DNA of 64,000 nt from the NCBI GenBank assembly GCA_020536535.1, contig JAHLWZ010000859.1:1-64000 (forward strand). Reading direction: 5' to 3'. Numbering within the stretch: the stretch's first letter is position 1; each line of letters opens with the position of its first letter. This document shows, in pieces, positions 43,016 through 55,881 of this stretch. The notes under the pieces are model-generated. The model was given only the letters and a program-made list of their open reading frames with translations, ran no database searches and was not told the DNA's origin. The translations under genes were made by a program, and so were the position numbers. Origin of the DNA: Pelomyxa schiedti. Its lineage: Eukaryota > Protista > Evosea.

Positions 43016-44911
43016 ATGGAGCGAATAGTCGAGATGGCGTTGCAGTTGTCCACTACTGGAAAGGAGGCGGATCTCATGAACTTGCATAAGCGTATTTCCG
43101 ATCACGACACACAGGAGGCTATTAACAGGGTACCTTGCAATGTGTTACATTTTGTAGTGTCCGGTTTTTTGGGTTTTTTTTTTCCCCAACAAAGGTCGTT
43201 GAGGACTTACGGCAATTTATCACAGCATTCTGGCAACTTGGAAACTTTCCTCTCGTGCTTGCACCCAACTACTCATACTCTTGCTTTCACATTAATCCTG
43301 TGTGTAATCCTTTGTATCATACTCCCTTCAATGTTGAGTGTTGGACAGAGTGCATATGAGGACTTCCAACCAAGCTGAGCATCAAAAGTTCCTTGCTTTT
43401 TTCAATAACGTGGTTTCTGACGGTGACTTCATGCAGTTGAAGGTCCAACCATCTAGCTGTATGATATTTTCTATGCTACTACGTCTCATACTATTTTCAG
43501 TTTTCAAACTGTGCCACAAAGCAACTGAGTCTTATACTACTACATCTCCTATTAGTGGTATGCAACAGGAAGTTCGTCAGAGACACTAAAGTTCTACCTA
43601 GGAGTACATCTTCTGCAAATGGCTCTTGAAAAAATAAAGAACCGAGACCAACCCCAAATTCTCCCCATTCACGCAGACCTCATGAAGTTATGCGTGGCCT
43701 CTCGTTTATACAAGTGTGCTTCACCTTCCGTTTAGGAGTAAAACTAATCTTTGTTGTATAGAGTGGCAATTCCTTATGTTATGGAAGAGTTTGACACAGT
43801 TTCTGAGCACACAACTCCCGAATCTCTCTTGTGCTGGTTGTATTATGGAGGAATGGCGTGCATTGCTATGCGTGAGTACCCAAAGGCTTACGACCTCTTC
43901 AAGACGGTACACGGTCGCATTCCTTCGAAAGAATATGACATATCTTAGGCCTTGTTACTTCCAACGCACCAATTGAGTGCCATTCAACTGGAAATTTACA
44001 AAAAATTCATTCTTGTGTCTCTTATCTCTGGGGAGGTACTCAAAGCAACATGCTGATGACCTTAACTCTTTGCGCAGAGCCCCACTTTGAGTAAAGCGCT
44101 TGGTGCAAATGCACTACACGTTGCTAAAGCTCTGGCCACAGATTATATTGAATTTGCTACAGCTTTTTCAACCCAGGATGTTGATGCTGTGCACCGGTTT
44201 GGAATGACACACTTTTTCCTCTGTTTACACTTTATAGATACGCCGAGACTCACATTGATGCATTCAAGGTCCTTAATCAAACAATTTCCCAATCAATATT
44301 CATTCATGGTTCAGAAAGACAAGAACTTTGGACTTGTGAAGCGTGCTATTGTAGCTCTTTACAAACAAAATATCCATAAGCACACCAAGATTTACTTGAC
44401 CCTGCCACTGTCGGAAATTCAAGCATCCCTGAAACTTCCCTCTACTTCTAAAGTCAGGGACTTTGTTCTTAGGATGGTATATGAGTGTATCCGCGTTCTC
44501 CTTAACAATCCTCAACCAGATTGAAGATGGGCAAATAGCCGCAAGTATTAATATGAGAGATGGAATTCTTGCCTTCCATGAGGAAACAGAGTCCTACAAT
44601 AGTGATGAGACAACCCAACGGATCTCCAACCAAATACGTGTAAGTAACCTTTGGTTGCGTTACATACCCATTATTACCAGAGGGCAATGACCCTTAATCG
44701 CAAACTGGAAAGTCTCGATCAAGAATTGCAGCTCAACTCCACGTACATACAAAAGGCATGTATTTTCTATAACCTTGTTGCATTAGAAGTACTAATGCCA
44801 TCACAGACTTTCTTCCGTGACCACCACGGCGGACCAGGCGGCAACTTTGCCATGGGTGGAGACTTTGAGGATGAAATGATGGCTGGTCCTTTTGCCCGTG
44901 ATGGCCACTAA
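43016..44911 (+). CDS. COPS3: COP9 signalosome subunit 3
   Basis: LHPTTHTLAF, PIHADLMKLC, WLYYGGMACIAMREYPKAY, SAIQLEIYKKFILVSLI, KDKNFGLVK, TKIYLTLPLSEI and VLRM|IEDGQIAASIN (PCI domain). Confidence 0.92.
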
Positions 44912-44969
44912 TGCCTTTGCCGAGTGCTTGGATACAACAAAACCAATTTAGCGTACAACAACAATTCTT

Positions 44970-47682
44970 TTACTTTTTGTTTTCTTGATGTGGGTTGGCC
45001 TGGGGATGTGGGCCTTCCTCCCCCAGTTGGATAAGTACTGGAATAGAGCACGCCATCACCCTGCCATCGAGGTAACTGTACCGTAGTGGGTGGGGACCTG
45101 TAGTGTGTGCCGTCCTACTCACTCTGTGTGTTGGGGGTATTGTTAGTGATGGATGGAGAGCGCGGTAGTGTGTTTTGATGTTTGTGGGTTCAAGTGTTAC
45201 TGGGAAGACATACATTGAGTGTACAACGTGGCCATGATGCTGCCTTGATACCACCACTGGTTCCTGACTGGGAGAAATCTGATTCAGGTGCACAATGAAC
45301 GTGCCTTCCGGGGCAGAGGAAAGCGCGCTCTCAATATCCTCTAATGTTGCAAACGGAACAAACCACCTGTTTGTGGGGAGTTCTTTGAGAGTAAATATCC
45401 TCTAATGTTGCAAACGGAACAAACCACCTGTTTGTGGGGAGTTCTTTTAGTGGGGGAAATGTACCCCAAAACGGAGAACACTTACTCCTGTGAGCATAGA
45501 ACATTCAACTTGGAAATTCAACGTTAGAGGCGAGTCCATTTTTTTGGGGGAAAAGTACTCACTTCTTCAAGAAGTCCACTGTTAGGTGTAAAGAAGTTCC
45601 CAAAGCATTGGTACAACAACAGGAATTTGTCTAATGATATCGTGAACCCTACTGAATGAACGCATCACGATTTAATATTCAAGTGAAGTGCAAGTAATAC
45701 CACAATCGCGGACAGCTGCAAATGAGTCAAGTGGCACCTGCGCCGCTGTGGAGATCAGCCTTGCGAAGTCGCCCCAGGCGACTTCATCTACAAGACCAGG
45801 CCCGCTCGATAGCTGAGCCCACAGCTGTGTGGCAGGTGTCGACGAAATGGTATACTCACCCCAGGCTCGATCTAACAACGATAGGACTTCTGAAATGCTC
45901 GGCCGCTTCAAAGAAGTTAGGAAAAAAAAAAATCAAGAAGGGAGGGAGACTTGGTTTGGGTCAAACTGTAAGCTCCTCTCTAAGAGTTCTTTCTATGTGG
46001 CTGGTGAATGAATACTACAGTGTTGGTATTATATTAAGGCATTACCAAAGATGGAGGTACTGGCTCATCTGACCCAGTCCGGTGACGCGGGCGTGGAATA
46101 TTTGGAGGGACTTCAGGGTGGAGGTGTGGCTGTTTCCCTATTTTTGCTTTCAGATCAGCCTCATCGGTATATTGACCCTCAAAGAGAACTTCTTCTGTGA
46201 ATAGCTCCCAGAGAAGAAGTGCAAGGGCATAACTAAATAGAATAGCATTGGACCATGATGCAAGTGTATTGGATAGGCTTACATATCAGATCCTGTAGAT
46301 GCAGGTTGTGTCTTCAGAACCAATTCAGGGGCGCTATATAGAGCTTGCCAAGTTGGTTCAGACGAAGACTGTTCAAGTGGGGGGCACTTACGTGTTCCAC
46401 AATAAGGCTCATGCAAAGAAACCGTGGTGCCTGGTTGAAACCACTTTCCAAACCCAAAATCCGCAACCTATTTAGTGGCAATAGCTAAAACACAAAGCAC
46501 TCATTTCAAAAAGGTGATGAAGAAACTTTGGCAATCATGTGTCTATCAATAAGAATATTGCCTGGTTTCAGGTCTCTGTAGCACTATAAGATGGTGCAAA
46601 TCAACAAAAAGAAATTGCCTGTGTATTATTTTCTTAGTGTTATGCAAGAACTCGATTCCAATAATCTAGGTTAGGTGAGAGAAGAGTAGGTTGTTAGTGA
46701 AAGGTACTATGTCACGGGCGATGCGAAACTTGAGGTTCATGTTCAAGCCTTGGTGAAGGTGGGCAAGTTCACTGGGCAGGCTAGCAGGGGCGTGGATCAA
46801 GGTGTGCAAATTACACGAAAGCCTTTCAAAAACAAGATTCACTGTGTTGTTCTTTACACATGTGCCTTGGGGGATATTCAGGTTAAGGAAACTTACTGTG
46901 AAAAGATTATACCCAAGAATGTAACAATATTGGGGTGGTGGATTTGTCTGAGCAGAAGTTAAGTCAAGACGCAGCCAGCAAAAGATACTTACTTTAACAA
47001 GGCTGCTTCAGCTTTAAACGAACCTATCTCAGTAGCTAGAGTACTTGTCAGAGCCCCAATGGCACCTGTGTGCGGAATTTTTACTGCCACTTCTGAACCC
47101 CCAAGCATTCCTACAGAATATCAATTCATATTTAGTAGGGAAAGAGGTGCTCAGGTGAGGAGTAAAACCTTTGTAAACGGCACCATATGCACCGGCGCTG
47201 ATCAAACCATTTGGAAGAATGCATAAAGCATCAGGTATGATATCCACTGCCCCATGTGAAGAACTAGTACTAGTTGAGCTTCCTGGGGTCAAATTGACGG
47301 AACAGGGGACGGTGGCGGTTTGGGATTGTGGGTCACTTGGACCGTGTTTGGCCTCTCCTTTGCGCCTCAGCCACAGCCTCTTTTCATACTTTTGAACACC
47401 TTGCACCCAACTAACAGGGTAATACTCCGTCGCGGCGGCCTGGGCCAGAGCCGCCGATCTAAAGGTCGCGATTGGTTTACGGCCTGAGTATGTCACTACC
47501 CTGTGAGGTTGGGTTGGTTTGTTTGTTCGTTCGTTCGTGCGTGCACAACAACAGGCAACTCACACTTTGCCAAATATGTCGGTTTCTTTAAATGCTTTCC
47601 GTACTACGTGTGCTGGAACCCTTTCCGCGTTCATTATCACCATAACACGACTTTCTTCTATCCCCTCATTGGTAGCAGCCAT
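44970..47682 (-). CDS. TKL kinase with a possible RRM-like N-terminus and a degenerate C-terminal SH2 domain
   Basis: ISAGAYGAVYKG, VAVKIP, HPNIVTFLG, IIHR|DLKPGNILID, VADFG and SH2-like WFVPFATLEDIESALSSAPEGTFIVHLN. ATG 47682 (MAATNEG) splices to ORF 47029-47496. Confidence 0.85.
45333..45447. repeat. Perfect 54-bp tandem duplication (period 61) spanning a 3' splice site
   Basis: AATATCCTCTAATGTTGCAAACGGAACAAACCACCTGTTTGTGGGGAGTTCTTT occurs at 45333-45386 and 45394-45447. Confidence 0.95.
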
Positions 47683-48220
47683 CCGCCGACAAACCACTGT
47701 AGTTTTTTGTCCCTACTGGCTGCTGTTGCTGGCGCTCCATGCACTCCGATACTCAAATTCGCGCAATGGGCGCGATTTTACGGCAAAACGAAATTTTGGT
47801 GTCTGGAGTTTGGCAGTAAAAAAATGCCATCAGGAAGATCTAATTAATTAAAAACCGCAAACATAATAAAAACCAAAGGGGGAAGAAGTAACACGTACGG
47901 CGAGATCATGTCGCGACCGTGGTAGTCAGAGCTACATCATAGGGTTGAGGGTGGGTACCTTGTTAATGCCAGTGGGAGTGTGACCACACCTGCTGTTATG
48001 CACCCAGCCAAAACCCACCAAGGCCACTCCTCGAATCTGCACGCTCCTCTCGAAAAGTCAATCACAAGGTTTGTGAAACCTTACTTGTAGCATTATATCT
48101 CACGACAAACAAGACCACAACGGTAGTAATAAATCCGAAGTACCGAGTTCCTACTGCCTCGCTTCTTCGTGTTTGGCCAAAAGGAAAAAACCCACGTTGT
48201 ATTTCTTTATTGAAAACATG

Positions 48221-51074
48221 TTATGAACGGGCATTGAACTTCATTGTGATGTCGTCATCTTCGTGTTGTTGTGCAGCGTGCTTTTGATACAATACCTGAC
48301 AAAGTGTTAGGCACTCAAAAGTTAGGAGGTAAAATGAACTTGGTTCAAGGCTGCCAATGATGCCTCAGGGTTTTGGCTGGATGCAAGAAAAAGTGGTGGG
48401 GGTACAGAGAATCCACACCCAAGTAGCGATGAAGATATACTTTGTGAGGCAGTAATGTGCGAACTGCTTAGAGATGTTGCTGATGTGGTTGTGGTAGCAG
48501 TAGCAGTAGCGGTTGAGGTTGGTGTTGGCGAATTGATGGGTGAAGAAGGAACTGTGGCAGGGGTGAATGAGGCAAACTGGGAATGCAATGAGCCACCATT
48601 AGAGGTTAGAAGTGACTCCACTAAATCACTGGCTTCATCTAAACCCAAGAAGCAGGGGTAGTTAACCTTTTAAGTTTTCATAACCTCATATAAAAAGATA
48701 AAGTCAAACCTTAAAGTTGATAACAGATTTCTCCATTTTTCCTCCATTCGATTTCTTTGAACCTGACTGGGAAACGGTTCCCCAATTCTTACTAGCATGA
48801 ATTGGATTGGAGAGAGTTCCAAAAGTACAACGAAACTCTGGAAGTGTGAGTGCCACCTATTTAGATACATTTGATACCCCCAGAAACAGAATAGTCATCA
48901 AAGTATTCCACAATTTTATCTTGGAGGGTGAGTAAACTTTCAACAGGGGAAAGAAATATATACCTGCACGCTCAGGCAGGGAGATAAGAAGAAAATAGGG
49001 CACTAAAAAGACTGAAATGACTTCATTTGCCCATTCAAAGATCCGCAGAGAATAAAAATTTTCAAATTCTTTGAGTACCTGCATATGAAGTTCAGAACTA
49101 GTATTGAAGTTTAGGAAATTACATCAGCTTTGTTCGGATTTTCTTGCCATCTTTTCGGGAAATAGTGAGTTGAGGAAACGAGATCCGCCATTTTCCCATC
49201 GGGGTCACAAAAAACATAAAGTGGCTTCACCATTGACTGTGATTTGTAAATACAGACTGGAAGATATTTGGATAGTACACGTGTGACACCCAAGAGAACT
49301 GTGAGGATAGTGATGTAAAGCACTGATGACAGCCCCCACAATTCAAATACGAAATCACTATTGATCAGAGCAAGTACAATAAATACAACTACCAAAGAGC
49401 CAATTACGAAAGACAAGAACCTACTCCATTGGTTAAAGTTGAAGAAGGTGGAGAGGTACTACCGGCAAATGATGACAAGTGATCTACTAGTCTGAAATTG
49501 GTCCAGGTACAGATTTGCCTTTAGCACACACGAATCCAGCCTTTGTTCTAGAATGTGGTCAACCTCATTGAATTCCCTCAGCTTCCATTTTGCCAGGAGT
49601 GTCCAACGCCTGGTACTCAATAATGTGGGAGTGGAATGAATTTGCTGTTCCATTTGGTTATTTAAACGTAAGGCTATTTTTTGCTTGTACCTCGCCATAT
49701 TTGAAGAAAAAGTACACAAGTAGAAATACCAAAACAAATGGGATCATGAATATTGATAATACACCCAGTCCCCTCAAATGGTTTTTCAATCTTTGGCGTT
49801 TGAGTATGTGTAACAGAGGAAGAGGGCGCACTTAGTAGAGCACTGATCTCTGTTATGGTATATTGGAACACCACGCATCTCTGGTACCACAATTTTGTTG
49901 AATATAAACATGACAGTTTCAGTAATCAATGGGGAGTGATATAACTAGTCCAAACTGTGAATTGGTGTAATTACACCAGGAGGGTACCCATGGGAGTCGT
50001 ATAGTAAGGGCTTCATCGACAATTCGTTTATTAAACAATCCTATGAGAAAATTTTCGTCTCGGAGTACTTTCTGAATAACTTCTGTTTTCGAGTCAAAAT
50101 ATTCGTTGAATAAACTAGGAAATTACCTAATTCACTGCCCTCTTTGGGAAACTTCCTAGAGATTTGACACACTACCTCCCACCATCTGGCTGATTCAAGA
50201 TCTTTCTAGTCGACATTACAACGGTATAAGAAATGACCGTAATGCTACTTTGAACTCCAGACTGTTGATATAGAATGATCTAATAAGCCAGTATGTAATT
50301 ACTCGCTTTACTGAAAGCACAAGCTAAAAGAAATTTATTTCTACAAACAAAGAGTCAAAAGGTTTACTTGAATAAAGAAAATGACAGCGCATAGACTCAA
50401 AGAAACGACGGTAATTGTTGGGAGTCTAGATAGGAGGATGAACATTTTATGGTAGGCAGGTCATACTTCACAAAATCTACATAGAGAATAGGAAATGAAG
50501 TTCCGGAAGCGTGAATTAATTCTTCGTAGTCAACAAAGTTGATCAAAAATGTAAGAAGAAATACAACAAATACAAAAGACCTAGTCTGAGTTAATATGCC
50601 AATGATGCTGGTTTTTGCTTGCAAGGAAAAAGTAGTGAAGATTACAGTAGTTTGAACAACTCTTCTAGTAAAATGCAGAAGAACCCTTTGTGGTAGTAGT
50701 ATCTATAAACAGTTCTCAAAAACGAATCACTGAGGGTGCCACCTGTTGTAAATATATAATAAATGTAAGAATTCAACTTGTGATTTGGCATTTTTAATTG
50801 CACCAGTGTCAGCAACGTCCACATGAGAAGAAGTTGCGGATGATATGGTAGTCAACACTGGTGGCGCTGCGTCCTGAAGGAGACACTCGGCGTTGGTGTA
50901 TGTGTCGTCGTTGTCACGTACGTCCAATTGCACGCTCCCATCTAAATTGTGGGGTGTTTTTTGTTTTGTGTTTGAGTTGCAGACAACCAAAGGGCACGCA
51001 ATCAGCGTTGTTGTAGCAAATGTCGTTGTCGTAGATACGGTACCTATAAGTGGTTGCTTGACTGAACCGTCCAT
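48221..51074 (-). CDS. ATG9: Autophagy-related protein 9 (lipid scramblase)
   Basis: DSFLRTVYRYYYHKGFFCILLEE, FLLTFLINFVDY, LSTRRWTLLAKWKLREFNEVDHILEQRL, STHYFPKRW and VFLVPYFLLISLPERA. Confidence 0.93.
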
Positions 51075-51343
51075 TTCGCCCTCCCTCACTTTGTTTTGTT
51101 TTGTTTTTTGTTCAAACTTCCTCTCATGCTTTTCATCAAAAACCGACTTAGCATCCTGGTTACTAAGTTGTCACACTGAGGTACATCAGGATGGTATCCG
51201 GGAGAGGCTGAAGTTCATTGAGGATAGTGTTTGGACTCATCTAGTCGTGTGTCTTGGGACAGGTCAGCAAGATCCTTCGGGACAACTGGTTGGTCAGATC
51301 AAAACAAATCAATTCGCCAAAACAAAGAGATAAAAAAACGACG

Positions 51344-54259
51344 ATGAGAAACGACAGCGACGTCGAATGTAATACTAGCAGCAGGCCGAAATTACGACCC
51401 AACAGCCGCAGCACCTCAAGACCACAAACAAATACGGTTAGTGCTTCTTTCGTTGGTCTTTTCCTCGCGACTACACGGCGTCTTGTTCGCGTGTTTTTCC
51501 TTTCCTTTTTTTTTCCCCCCCTCTTTCCAGTGAGTCGCTGTGTGTTGCTTTTAGTTTCCCAATCCTCACAAATAGCGTAAACGACGGCGGGAGGAAACAC
51601 CACTGCGGACACAAGATAAAAGGATTCGCGTGGCCGACGTTCAACATCACTCTCGAGAAAACGTTAAACAGTCTACGGTTTCAACTGCCGCGCAACCTGT
51701 GCGGCGCGGCAGGCCCCCTTCTTCTCACAAGAACCAAAAGCAGTCAGTGCGGACATCGCCTGCCCACAACCACATTGCGACACGCAATAATCACATTGTA
51801 AGAGGAGCAACTTCTCGGCAATACAGCACTTCTACTTCTATTCCATCGGCAGGAACTTCTACTGGAAGACACAACACTCCTTCGAGTGATGATAGTCAAA
51901 GTGGCAGTGAAAGCGGAAGTTCAAGCACAACCGATAGTAGAAGTGGAAGTGAAAGTAGCAGCGGAAGTGGCAGTAGCAGTGCGAGTGGTAGTGGGAGTGG
52001 CAGTAGCAGTGGAAGCGGGAATAGAAGCCACCGCTTGGGGCACAGTTCTAGTAGTAGTGGGTCTGGTAGTTCCAGTAGTAGTGAAGCTGACAGTGACAGC
52101 AATACCGGTGAATCCTTAAGGTCACCACCGAAAAACAAGACACTTTCGGCCACTCGAAAACCCGGTAGGTTGAAGACTTCTGTAGAACGGGGACAGTGTG
52201 CTGCTAACGAACTTTCTACCACAGTGATTGTAGGTAGTAAATTGCCTTACTCGGTACATGTTTCCTCCTTTCAAGTTAAACCGGGAGAGGGTGGTTGGCC
52301 TGTGAGAAAGGGAGAAGAAAACATCTCATACTATGTAGCTTGATTCTCTCACATGGGACAAGCAACACAGAATAAATATAGAGAAGAAGTACTGCTATTG
52401 TGGCCAAGATAGGTATGCATCCCTTGATCTAAGATTCTGAACGCACTATGTTTACTGTTTTTTCTGTTGTGTAAAAGACGACTATACTTTAAAAAAAAAA
52501 AAACACGTTCCTGGCTAATTTACCAAGCAGATCTGAGGAAGATATGCTTCTGTGTGACAAGTGTCACCAGTGGTTTCATCAAAGTATCGAGTTAACAACT
52601 ATTTTCTTGATTCAAAAACTCTAGAGTGCGTTGATACACAAGCTCAAGAAAAGAAGATACCTGGTGATTGGGGGTACTCTTTTGTTTGTAGGATCTGTGG
52701 AGGAGGCTTTGAGATTTTCAAAAGAAACTACTTAGCATGGTGAGTTATACACCCTTGGGTCTGAATTGATTAAGGGAAAAGGCCTCACATACTGGAGATT
52801 GCTTTATTCAACCTGGGACTCCAAGACAAAGCTCGTCGCGAATTATTTTTTAACCTTGAAACCGAGGTGTTTCCCTGGGTTATGAATCACTGGGATCCGC
52901 TGTGCTTTAAACAAAATCGTATAACAACAATTTTTTGTACATTGCTCAATGATGGAAGGCACCTCCTGGCAACACCATGCACAAAGTTACATTAGTTTGT
53001 CAGAGGACTTCGAGTTTGATTCCGACCACAGTAAACATACATGTTCTTCTTCCATAGTGTTCCCATCGTTAAACAGGCAAAATAGCATTATGCGACAAGC
53101 AAAATCCCTGTTTAAAACATGACTCTCCCAATAAGCACAGCACAGAAAGGTATAGATATTCAATGAAGCATATTCTCACACGATTTCAGCAGTACAGCCT
53201 GCGAACCAAGCAGAAAGAGCGGTCAAATTAACAGCCGAGGAAACACGAGTGGTATTATATTTCTTTGGGTTACACTTTAGTGACGTGTCAACAGGTCTAC
53301 CAATTGACCATAATTTAGTACGCTTTTCTTTCTTTCGTTTTTCATTTTTCAATTTTTTGTGGAATCCCTAGATTCAGAGTGATACGTTAGAGTCCCAACC
53401 ACTGGTGCATAACACTACAAAAACACCTCACCAAGAACAGGAATTGCTTCAGCCCCAACTGCAACAACAACCACAACACACTTCGTCACATTCTCATCAT
53501 GCCCCTGTTTCAAAGACAACAAGTGAATTTATTCAGTTTGAGAGTAGCGCTGAAAAAGGTGCAGTCACGGCGGCCTCAAACATCAGACATCACCACAAGT
53601 CTCATACCCACCACACTAAATTATCTACGCAATCACTTGACATGGTTCCCAAAACACCAACACAGTACTGTACCCCTTTCTTTTTCCGACTTCGGAACTT
53701 GCTTCTGGATTCCTTAGATACCATTTCATCTCCATCTTCACAAAATACTCCTGGAATTTTGGTAACTACCAGTGTATGTGACACAGGACAAAACACACCA
53801 GAAACATCTCACGTAGCAGCAATTACAGAACCTGCTTTCCAGAACAATGAAATTCTAAAGGAGCACCACATCGAATCCCCACCAACCCGGCCAACTTGTC
53901 ATGCTACTCAGGCTGAAAAACAGTCTCAGAGTGATGTGACACCCACCTCAACCCCAACACAAACCTCGGCACCAACATCTACATCAACATCACTCTCAAA
54001 CACAACCTCACCAATATTATCTGCCGCTCATCAACAAGTATCCTCCTCACAGCTTCACGAAAATCAGCGTTTTGCACACACCACAACTATCACCAACCCT
54101 AAAATGCACCCGAAACTGTCCCTCAAACAACGGCAGCCACCACCCATAAGAATTCTACCCGCAACCGCAACACACGCAACACCACTTCCACCGATGGTCA
54201 ATGCACTGACACCTCTCTCATCCACAACCCCCCTTATTCTAAGCCCACACCACAGCTGA
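51344..54259 (+). CDS. Chromatin protein with an AT-hook, a Ser-rich tract and a PHD-winged helix module (Polycomb-like PHD2-EH / Ash2 / KAT14-type)
   Basis: RRGRPP, then spliced YCYCGQDR-SEEDMLLCDKCHQWFHQ-CV..GDWGYSFVCRICGGGFEIFKRNYLAW-PHILEIALFNL..FPWVMNHWDPL, then a low-complexity C-terminus. Confidence 0.75.
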
Positions 54260-54798
54260 ACTTATCGTTCTCCATGTGGACTGCATGCATTCCGTTTTTT
54301 TAATTGCACCTCACTGCCTGTTGGCAGCTTTCTTGTTACCTCTTTTTATAAAAGGAGTGTTGTTCATACTGGTTTTGGGTTTACCCCTTAAGGCCCAAGG
54401 CAAAAAAAAAAAACCGAAATTTCTCTTCGAGGATAGTGCGGCGGCCGCGGCGCTGGCTACAGTGGCGTCGCCGAGCCCACTTCAGATTTCGACGAGGCAA
54501 ACCCCAGCTGTACCTTGGGCCCAACCACAAACACAAACCTTTGTCTTCAGGTTCAGCTGTGGTAGGCAGACTCTGAGGGATTTCACATAATGGAACAATC
54601 TGCTGGGTGGTGTTGTGTAGAATATATTACATTGGTGTAGTTGCTAAGTGGCTTTGAGACCCCCACAGGTGCAGCTCTGTTTTTTTTTTCCTCAAAATAA
54701 AAGATTACGTCTGCCAATGTTGTCCCAAAAAAAGAGGCCAAATAGAAGCAAAATTCTTTGTTTCAAACAAAAAACCATAATTACACAAAAGTTATAAA

Positions 54799-55881
54799 TC
54801 AATCACTTTCAGCACCAGCCTTGACTTCCCAGTGAACACCATCACCCAAAGATGACCACACAGGCAAAATCCACCTGGGAATCCTCCTCAAGAACCCACA
54901 AGCGCCACGGCCACCAGCTCCACCCCCGAAAATGATGTTGAAGTTTCTCCTAGTGCCCAGGTCATACGGGTTGGTGTGAACAGCGGCGGTCCAGTTTTTA
55001 GCAGACATGCACTCGAGCGTGGTCAGGTTATGGGAGACCAGCCACATGTGGAACACAAACAGCATCAACGGCGCGAAGGCGCTGCAGCACATGACGAGCG
55101 CCACGACCGAGACGACGCGGGTGCCGTCGCTGCCGCCCAGGAAGAACTGGCTGGCGCCGGCGTCGCCGCTGAAGGTGGCCACGGCGAAGGGGGCGAGGGC
55201 GGCGGCGCAGAGGGAGTAGGAGGCGACGGCCCAGCCGAGCATCAGGACGAAGAACTTGTGGTTGTGCCAGCCCACGCAGGTGTTGATCCACACGCAGTGG
55301 TGGTCCATGCGGGGGACGCACGCGCCGCAGTCGGAGCAGTGGTGCGTCCGCGGCGGCTTCTCCGCCACGCACAGCCGGCAGTACCGCCTCCCCGCCGCCC
55401 TCAGGGCCTCCAGCGCCTCCTTCCTCTCCCGCCGCCTCGCCGCCCCTGCCTCCACGTCGCCGTACTCGGCTCCGGACTCGGACTCGGCGCCGCTGGCCGG
55501 GTAGTACCTGCCGCTGGGGCCTCGCGCGGAGCAGCAGCCGATGCCGGAGCCGCCGCACAGGGGGCGGGTGGGCCGGAGGCGCACGCAGCGGGCGAAGCTG
55601 GCGGCCCAGGCGGCGGCGGCGGCGAGGTAGGCGCAGCCCAGCACGGAGGCCCACGCGGCGGCCAACGGCGAGGCGGCGCCGGAGCCGCCGCCCGCCGCGG
55701 CCTCCTTCACGGACTCCACGACCACTGCGAAGACGGAGACACAGCCGAAGGCAGCGATGGCAGGCGCCAGCGACGCACACGCCACACCCCCGAGCCACTT
55801 GCACGCCCTGGCGGCCGCACAGCAGCACCCTTTGCCCCCGCACTCCTCGTCGTTTTCGTCGTCATCGTCCAGTTCCATCAT
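54799..55881 (-). CDS. DHHC palmitoyl acyltransferase (intronless, very GC-rich)
   Basis: YCRLCVAEKPPRTHHCSDCGACVPRMDHHCVWINTCVGWHNHKFFVLML, TTLE, NPYDLG..N, and four TM segments. Confidence 0.95.
   Translation of the reverse strand: MMELDDDDENDEECGGKGCCCAAARACKWLGGVACASLAPAIAAFGCVSVFAVVVESVKEAAAGGGSGAASPLAAAWASVLGCAYLAAAAAWAASFARCVRLRPTRPLCGGSGIGCCSARGPSGRYYPASGAESESGAEYGDVEAGAARRRERKEALEALRAAGRRYCRLCVAEKPPRTHHCSDCGACVPRMDHHCVWINTCVGWHNHKFFVLMLGWAVASYSLCAAALAPFAVATFSGDAGASQFFLGGSDGTRVVSVVALVMCCSAFAPLMLFVFHMWLVSHNLTTLECMSAKNWTAAVHTNPYDLGTRRNFNIIFGGGAGGRGACGFLRRIPRWILPVWSSLGDGVHWEVKAGAESD

Noticed and set aside
45333-45447. CRISPR-like repeat
   Set aside because: Only two copies with a 7-nt spacer, inside a eukaryotic gene, with no cas genes.
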